DNA of 64,000 bases, taken from positions 9,147 to 73,146 of the forward strand of contig JBAXYB010000001.1 of the NCBI GenBank assembly GCA_037127585.1. The letters run 5' to 3'. How positions within the stretch are numbered: position 1 is the first letter of the stretch; every line of letters begins with the position of its first letter. The notes under the pieces were generated by a model. It did no database searches. It saw nothing but the letters and a program-made list of their open reading frames with translations, and was not told where the DNA came from. Below, one piece after another: positions 57,977 through 64,000 of this stretch. This DNA is from Verrucomicrobiota bacterium. Its GTDB lineage: Bacteria > Verrucomicrobiota > Verrucomicrobiia > Palsa-1439. The position numbers were made by a program, and so were the translations under genes.

Positions 57977-60295
57977 TCACTCTTGCCCGATGTGACAGTC
58001 AACTTGGATGACGGATTTTCTCAACCCCTCTTTCGGGATCAGAATCAAATCGCCGATGATCGGTTTCCCGTCCACATAAATCGCCGCGGGCCGGCCCCGG
58101 CGAATGTGAATTTCATAGTTCGTGCCGCGGAACGGACGGACGAACCGGACGTGCTTCCACACGGAAGGCAGTTGCGGTCGCAGTTGGAATCCTTCCCGTG
58201 TCCGGCGGAAACCGAGCAGCCGATCCACGACGTTCAGGAAATTCCACGCCACAGTCCCGGTGCGCCAGGGATCGTCCGAGATGTGTCGTTTCATCCGCCA
58301 GGCGGTCGGACCGACGTAGCCATTGACCTGCGCGTATGGCTCCGACCTCTCCGCCGCCGGCAGAATCCGCCGCAACGTGTCGTACGCCTTGTCGTTTCGG
58401 CCGGCCTCGAAATCGGCGGCGATCTTGAAGCTGGCTGCGTGGCAATAAACGTTGCCGTTGGTGCAGAACCCCGGCGGCGTGCCGGTCAGTTGACCGATGC
58501 CCGGATCGTACTCCGAGAAGGGCGGCCAGTGATGCACCGGGCCCACCGGCGTGTCCACGATCGTCTCCAGCCGCTTGGCGATCCGGGTGTACGCCTTGGC
58601 GTCGAGCACGCCGGACAAGATCGCCCACGATTGCGGGTTGATAAAGTACCGCCCTTCCCGGGACTTGCGGGAACCGATCCGTTTCCCATCGTCGTTGATC
58701 GCGTAGATGAAATGGTCGCCATCCCAGCCGTGTTTGAGAATCGCCTTCCGCACCATCTTGTACCGGCGGGCGCAGAGTTGTGCGATGCGCCGGTCCCCGC
58801 GCCACGCGGCAATCTGGCCGACCAACCGCAGCACCCGCGCCAACGCAAAACTCATCCAGACACCCTCCCCCTTGCCGCCCGCGCCGGCTTTGTCGATCAG
58901 ATCATTCCAGTCACCGCAGTGCAAGAGGCTCAGCCCGTGCCGGCCGCGGTCGTTCCACAAGAATTCCAGCGCCCGCAGGTTGTGTTCCCAGATCGTCCCC
59001 TCCCCCTGGTCGGAATACTCCACGACCTGGTTTAACAACGACAGGTCGCCGGTCTCGCGCAGCAGCGCGTCGGTGGCGTGGCTGATCCACGACGGCGAAT
59101 CGGCGTAATGTTTGTCCGCCGACGCGATGTCCATGCTCGGCACGCGGAACGCCCGTGGACAGAACCCGTCGCTGCGCTGGTTGCGTAACGCCTTCTGCAA
59201 CATCGCCAGCGCCCGATCGGGATTGATGATGCTCATACCGGCTGCGTCCTGACACGTATCCCGGTACCCTTTGAAATAAAACCGCGCCCAATCGGCCATC
59301 AGGTACAGCTGATGCTTGAGCCAGACATTGAACAGCCGGTTGAAATCGCCGTCCGGCGTTTCGAGCCGCAGGCCGCCAAGCCGGCGGACATTCGCCGCCT
59401 TCATCGCCCGGAACTCTTGCTCGATCTTGACGGTATTCGCAAACGCGTTGCGCATCCGCCGGGCCTCGTGGATGTTCATCACAATCCCCAGAACGAAATT
59501 GATCCGCCGCGCTTTGCCGGGCGCGAGCCGGAGGTTGTGTTGCATCGCGCCGACGAGGTACTCGTGGCTGGCCACGCTGTTGCCCAACCGGCCTTGCATC
59601 ACCCGTTCCGGCCGCGCGTAGCTCCGGTCGCTCCCCAGAAAGTAATCGCGACTGACATCCCAACGGGCCGGCCGCACGTCGGCAAACATGAACGCCCGGT
59701 AGCGTTCGTCCACCACCGTGTGCGTCAGGTTCTTGAAAAACAGGAACCCGTCGCGCGGCTCGTACGCCGCGCTCAAGCCGCCGACGTAGCCGTACGGCAT
59801 GTTGACGCCATCGAGCATGACGTTGGCGACCGTGAACAGCGAGAGGTTGCGGGCCCGGCGCGATTCGTTCGTCACCCGGACCGTCCAAATCTCGCCGGAA
59901 TCCCGGCGCGGCACGAACACCCGAAATTCCACCCGGATGCCGTTCTTCTTGGTGGTCAGGATCGAATAACCGAGTCCGTGCCGGCACTCAAACTCGTCGT
60001 GCCTGGTCCAGCACGGCAGATAACCGGCGCTCCAGACTTCGCCGGAGGTGTTGTCGCGGACATACAACCACCGGGGATCTTCGCGCATGTCCTGTTTGCC
60101 GAAGAGGTTCGTCACCACACCGCCTTCGCTCTGGTACAGCGAACAACCGTTCAAGCTCTGCCCCGCACAGGCGAGGTAGGTCGGGTTCCAGAAGAAGTTG
60201 AACCAATCCCGTGGCGTCTGCGGGGTCGCGACCACGTACTCCAGACCGTCCGGACTAAAATGCCCGTAATTCCTTCCTGTCTTCATAGTCTTCAT
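57977..60295 (-). CDS. GH94 glycoside phosphorylase (cellobiose/chitobiose phosphorylase-like)
   Basis: YGHFSPDGLEYV, CRHGLGYS, GYRDTCQD, GDWND, NPQSWAILSG, NGNVYCHA, WRTGT. Confidence 0.9.
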   Translation of the reverse strand: MKTMKTGRNYGHFSPDGLEYVVATPQTPRDWFNFFWNPTYLACAGQSLNGCSLYQSEGGVVTNLFGKQDMREDPRWLYVRDNTSGEVWSAGYLPCWTRHDEFECRHGLGYSILTTKKNGIRVEFRVFVPRRDSGEIWTVRVTNESRRARNLSLFTVANVMLDGVNMPYGYVGGLSAAYEPRDGFLFFKNLTHTVVDERYRAFMFADVRPARWDVSRDYFLGSDRSYARPERVMQGRLGNSVASHEYLVGAMQHNLRLAPGKARRINFVLGIVMNIHEARRMRNAFANTVKIEQEFRAMKAANVRRLGGLRLETPDGDFNRLFNVWLKHQLYLMADWARFYFKGYRDTCQDAAGMSIINPDRALAMLQKALRNQRSDGFCPRAFRVPSMDIASADKHYADSPSWISHATDALLRETGDLSLLNQVVEYSDQGEGTIWEHNLRALEFLWNDRGRHGLSLLHCGDWNDLIDKAGAGGKGEGVWMSFALARVLRLVGQIAAWRGDRRIAQLCARRYKMVRKAILKHGWDGDHFIYAINDDGKRIGSRKSREGRYFINPQSWAILSGVLDAKAYTRIAKRLETIVDTPVGPVHHWPPFSEYDPGIGQLTGTPPGFCTNGNVYCHAASFKIAADFEAGRNDKAYDTLRRILPAAERSEPYAQVNGYVGPTAWRMKRHISDDPWRTGTVAWNFLNVVDRLLGFRRTREGFQLRPQLPSVWKHVRFVRPFRGTNYEIHIRRGRPAAIYVDGKPIIGDLILIPKEGLRKSVIQVDCHIGQE

Positions 60296-60491
60296 AGTCT
60301 TCGTCAAGTTACCGGCAGCTTGGCGACTGTCGCGCGCACCGGGACATTCTCCGCGTCCAGCATGAGTGTCAGAGGCGACCGATGCCATCGATCTCAAACC
60401 GACATCTCCCATCCGACCGATCTCCGCGACTATCGCGAGGGGTTACCGCTCCTTGAAATATCAATCCTATGATATCTGAGATATTCTGCAA

Positions 60492-60503
60492 GCAAATGTT
60501 TGC
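60492..60503. promoter_or_regulatory. LacI-type operator-like site upstream of GH94
   Basis: GCAAATGTTTGC, a near-palindrome; its reverse complement resembles TTAAACATTTGC upstream of lacI (15549). Confidence 0.4.
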
Positions 60504-60771
60504 CAGACCAGAATCTTGACGGTCTTGCTTCCGTCCGCGTGCGGCCGTTGAATTGTAGATCCGGCGCTCGGTGCCGTGTAGACCGGACAGACGCGGCGTT
60601 CACCCCGAAGGCTTTCGGGGTAGGGGCCGCCGCGGCTACAACGAGATCGTAAAGATTCGGGTGCCAGAATTCGCCAACGGTAAACGCAGCGATCCCGGAG
60701 GGGCGGGTGGGCCGGCGCGGCGCGACGCCCCAGCGGTTGCGGGAGTTGACGCATCCGGTTGGGCGCCGTGT

Positions 60772-60985
60772 TCGACCAGGCCGCGTGAGACCCGCCGGAG
60801 CCGTGCAGCGCATCGAGGACAGGATCACGCGCTTCCGTCCGGGATGCATATTCCGGCGGCAGCCCGACAGTGGCCTTGATTTTCCCGCCCATGGACTTCG
60901 AGGGGACGGTGAACTCCTCGATGGTGCAACCGTCAGGAGCAACTGCGATTTCCCTTGGCACTCCCGCTGTGGCGGCCGGTTTGGC
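60772..60985 (-). pseudogene. N-terminal fragment of an esterase paralogous to 34748-35747
   Basis: EIAVAPDGCTIEEFTVPSKSMG...LHGSGGSHAAWS versus EITVASDGCAIKKFFVPSKSMG...LHGSGGSHAAWS. Confidence 0.8.
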
Positions 60986-61257
60986 TCCAGCGCCAGCGGT
61001 TTGCCGGGCAGAACGGCACCGGCTGCAACGCGCGGATGACGCCGAAGCAGATCAAGGAACATTGCCGTTTGGACGAGGAGTGTCAGGAGTTATTGAAGAT
61101 GGCGATGACCGAACTCAACCTCAGCGCCCGTGCCTACGACCGGATCCTGAAAGTCGCTCGCACCATCGCTGATCTCGCCGGCAGTGAGCGTATCCAATCT
61201 GACCACATCTCCGAGGCCATCCAGTACCGCTCCCTCGACCGGCAGTTGTGGGTCTGA
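60986..61257 (+). pseudogene. comM: 3' remnant of comM/yifB (Mg-chelatase-like AAA ATPase)
   Basis: QRQRF...CNARM...LNLSARAYDRILKVARTIADLAGSERIQSDHISEAIQYRSLDR. Confidence 0.88.
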
Positions 61258-61320
61258 GGATATATAAGACGATGAAGTTTTAATTGACAGTGGTTGCCGG
61301 CTATGTTCAATTCGCACAAA

Positions 61321-62898
61321 ATGAGTAAGGAAACAACATCTAGTTGTTTTTGCGGTTTTCTGCCGGTGGTCATGTCGGTGGCCGACTTGATCGGCTCGGA
61401 GCGCAGTACAGCCATCGCGCACGCCCGGGCCGCGCTGACCGGGGAAGAAATCTCCACGCTTCTGGCACTGGCTACGGAGCGGGTTGAGTTTCTGTCCGCA
61501 GCCTTTCTCGACCGGCAACACGCGTTGCTGGGGCAGGTTGGCGAAAGGATCACCGCGCCGGTGGCGGGTGAGTCGGTGCGGGGTGCTTCGACACGGATGT
61601 TTGACGCCGCGACCAAGACGGGCCAGTCGCCATTGAGCGCGTCCGGTATCTACCGCGTGGGTGAGGATGGCCGGCTGCGGTTGATTTCCAAAAGCGAACA
61701 TTATCATGCTCCGCTCGGCCACGGTTTTCCCGGCTACGCGTTGCTGGAGCGGGCGCGACGACTCGGTATTCCCAACGCCACCCACAACAACACCCGGGGC
61801 CAGATTACGCGGTTGTTGGAGGAGGAATTGGTGCGCACCGCCAACGGACTGGCTCTCGGCGACCGCGCCGGGCTGGATCAAATACTGGCGAGCGCCGATC
61901 CGTACGTGGTCAACCGGGTGCTGAATCTGGAAACCGGCAGTCTCGCCGTGGAAGCCGCGTTGAAGATGATCTTGGCGCGGTTTTACCGTGTCGAGCCGGG
62001 CGTCCCGACGCCGAAATACCACGGGCGAACGCCGGTCTTGCTGGTGATGGGCAATGACGATGCCGGCTTGCTGGCCAACTATCACGGCACCACCATTCTG
62101 ACGCAGACAATGCGTGGGATGTGGCCGGAGTTCTGTGCCGGATTGGAGTCGGCCGGGTTGTTTCGCGTGTGTCCGATTCGTCCGAACCACGCCGAGGACC
62201 TCGATGCGGCTTTCGCGCAATGGGACCGGGGCGCAACCAAGATCGCGGGGTTCTTCCACGAAATCGTGATGATGAACTACGGTGGCCGTTTGTTGACGCG
62301 CGAGTTCCTGCAACGGGCGTACGCGCTCTGCCGCGACCACGATGTGCCGACCGTCTGCGACGAAATCCAGTCCTGCCTCTGGCATCCGGACTTGTTCATG
62401 TTCCGTGAATGGGGGCTGACACCGTCGTTTGTGGCGGTGGGGAAAGGATTCCCCGGCGGCGAGTATCCCGCCTCGCGATTGCTGTTCAGCGCCGCGATGG
62501 ATTGCCTGCCGCAATTCGGAGCGCTCGTGACCAACGGCCAAGAAGAGCTTGCTTCGTTGGCGTACCTGATCACCATGCGTTGGGCCATCGCCAACTCCGC
62601 CATCACCCGTGCCGTGGGTGACTACTATGAAACGCGCTTGCGCGAGTTCGCGGCCGGGCACTCCGACAAAATCACCGCCGTCGAAGGCAAACGGCACATG
62701 ACGACGCTCTATTTCACTGGGTTGGACGCAGCCAAGAAGTTTGCCGGCCACCTGAACCAACGCGGCTTGGACGCCAGTGCGCAGGTGTACAAGGCGGATT
62801 GTCCGCCGGCAGTCCTGACGAAGATTCCGTTGATCAGCACGCCCGCCGTCGTGGATTTCATCGTCGCGCGGATGGACGAGGCGGTCCGGGTTCACTGA
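61321..62898 (+). CDS. Class III PLP-dependent aminotransferase (start uncertain)
   Basis: TGSLAVEAALK, NYHGTT, VCDEIQS, VGKGFPGG. Confidence 0.8.
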   Translation: MSKETTSSCFCGFLPVVMSVADLIGSERSTAIAHARAALTGEEISTLLALATERVEFLSAAFLDRQHALLGQVGERITAPVAGESVRGASTRMFDAATKTGQSPLSASGIYRVGEDGRLRLISKSEHYHAPLGHGFPGYALLERARRLGIPNATHNNTRGQITRLLEEELVRTANGLALGDRAGLDQILASADPYVVNRVLNLETGSLAVEAALKMILARFYRVEPGVPTPKYHGRTPVLLVMGNDDAGLLANYHGTTILTQTMRGMWPEFCAGLESAGLFRVCPIRPNHAEDLDAAFAQWDRGATKIAGFFHEIVMMNYGGRLLTREFLQRAYALCRDHDVPTVCDEIQSCLWHPDLFMFREWGLTPSFVAVGKGFPGGEYPASRLLFSAAMDCLPQFGALVTNGQEELASLAYLITMRWAIANSAITRAVGDYYETRLREFAAGHSDKITAVEGKRHMTTLYFTGLDAAKKFAGHLNQRGLDASAQVYKADCPPAVLTKIPLISTPAVVDFIVARMDEAVRVH

Positions 62899-62905
62899 GG
62901 TTCGC

Positions 62906-64000
62906 ATGAAGATTGGCATACCCAAAGAGATCAAAATCAAAGAGAACCGCGTCGCCTGCACTCCGGGTGGCGCCCGCATGTTTGTCCAGCAGGGCCACCA
63001 GGTGCTCGTCCAGCAAGGGGCGGGTGTGGGTGCCGGGTTCAGCGACGACCTGTACCGGGAAGTCGGGGCCACAATCGTGCCGACTGCGGCTGACGCCTGG
63101 GCAGCGGAGATGGTGATCAAGGTCAAGGAACCCCAAGCCGCCGAGTACGGTTATCTGCGGCCGGAGCTGGTGCTGTTCACCTACCTGCACCTGGCGGCGG
63201 AACCCGCACTGACCAAACGGCTGATCGAGTCGCGCACCTGTGGCATCGCCTACGAGACCGTCGAGGTCGGCCGCCGGCGGCCATTGCTGGAGCCGATGAG
63301 CGAGATTGCCGGGCGGATGAGCGCGATCATCGGCGCGTATTACCTGAGCAAGGCGCAGGGCGGGAAGGGCGTGCTGCTCGGCGGCGTGCCGGGCGTGTTG
63401 CCGGGCAACGTGCTCGTCCTTGGCGGCGGCACCTCGGGCGTCAACGCCGGCCGCATGGCGGCCGGCCTCGGCGCGGCGGTCACGATCCTCGAAGTGGACC
63501 TCGACCGGATGCGGTTCCTCGACATCACGCTCGAACACTCGGCGAGCACGCTGTTTTCCAACGAGCAGAATTTGCTGGAGCGCCTCGCCGCAGTGGACCT
63601 GCTGGTCGGCGCTGTTCTCGTGCCGGGCGCGGTCGCGCCCAAGCTGATCCGGCGCGACATGCTCGCCATGATGAAACCGGGCTCGGTCTTTGTCGACATC
63701 GCCATTGACCAGGGCGGTTGCGCCGAAACCTCGCGCTCGACAACCCATGACGACCCGGTCTACGTTGAGCAGGAGGTGATTCACTACTGCGTGACCAACA
63801 TGCCGGGCGCCTACGCCCGCACCGCGACGCAGGGGCTGACCAACGCGACCATGCCCTACGCCCTCAAGCTCGCCAACCTCGGCGCCGAACGCGCCCTCGA
63901 ACTGATGCCGGATCTGCGGCGCGGGCTGAACACCTATCGCGGCGCGGTCGTGTACCGGGCGGTCGCGGAAGCGCACGGGTTGCCCGGCAGCGCCAATCCG
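62906..64000 (+). CDS. ald: Alanine dehydrogenase, 3'-truncated by the window edge
   Basis: [67 protein letters not shown]; absent from the ORF track because it has no stop in the window. Confidence 0.95.
   Translation, partial: MKIGIPKEIKIKENRVACTPGGARMFVQQGHQVLVQQGAGVGAGFSDDLYREVGATIVPTAADAWAAEMVIKVKEPQAAEYGYLRPELVLFTYLHLAAEPALTKRLIESRTCGIAYETVEVGRRRPLLEPMSEIAGRMSAIIGAYYLSKAQGGKGVLLGGVPGVLPGNVLVLGGGTSGVNAGRMAAGLGAAVTILEVDLDRMRFLDITLEHSASTLFSNEQNLLERLAAVDLLVGAVLVPGAVAPKLIRRDMLAMMKPGSVFVDIAIDQGGCAETSRSTTHDDPVYVEQEVIHYCVTNMPGAYARTATQGLTNATMPYALKLANLGAERALELMPDLRRGLNTYRGAVVYRAVAEAHGLPGSANP

Noticed and set aside
60280-60304. 9-bp tandem repeat GTCTTCATA at the GH94 start
   Set aside because: About 2.5 in-frame copies giving alternative starts (MKTMKT); no functional evidence

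Overview
GC-rich bacterial DNA, probably Verrucomicrobiota/PVC (inferred from a PEP-CTERM protein, a TIGR03790-type protein with an '...SRFYRVRV' tail and TN-rich surface proteins). The window is a patchwork carbohydrate-utilisation and cell-surface island. It carries GH29, GH78, GH94, GH42-like and GH3 genes, MFS and SSS sugar transporters, ROK and PIG-L genes, LacI and AraC regulators, an IS5 and an IS4, and roughly 15 pseudogenes or gene fragments. It ends at a comM 3' remnant, followed by a class III aminotransferase and ald. Highlights: (1) an intact operon encoding an FG-GAP protein, a membrane-anchored double PQQ-type propeller, an RPH/PigC-like ATP-grasp/phospho-His enzyme and a DUF106/EMC3/TMCO1 (Oxa1-superfamily) membrane protein; (2) two giant surface proteins sharing a ~1 kb beta-helix cassette with DNA-identical frameworks and periodically hypervariable loops, plus an orphan PEP-CTERM tail; (3) an IS5 inserted at a start codon whose end supplies a new in-frame start; (4) a recurring LacI-type operator while the local LacI gene is frameshifted. 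No rRNA, tRNA or CRISPR array was seen. Family calls come from motif recognition by eye, not from database searches.
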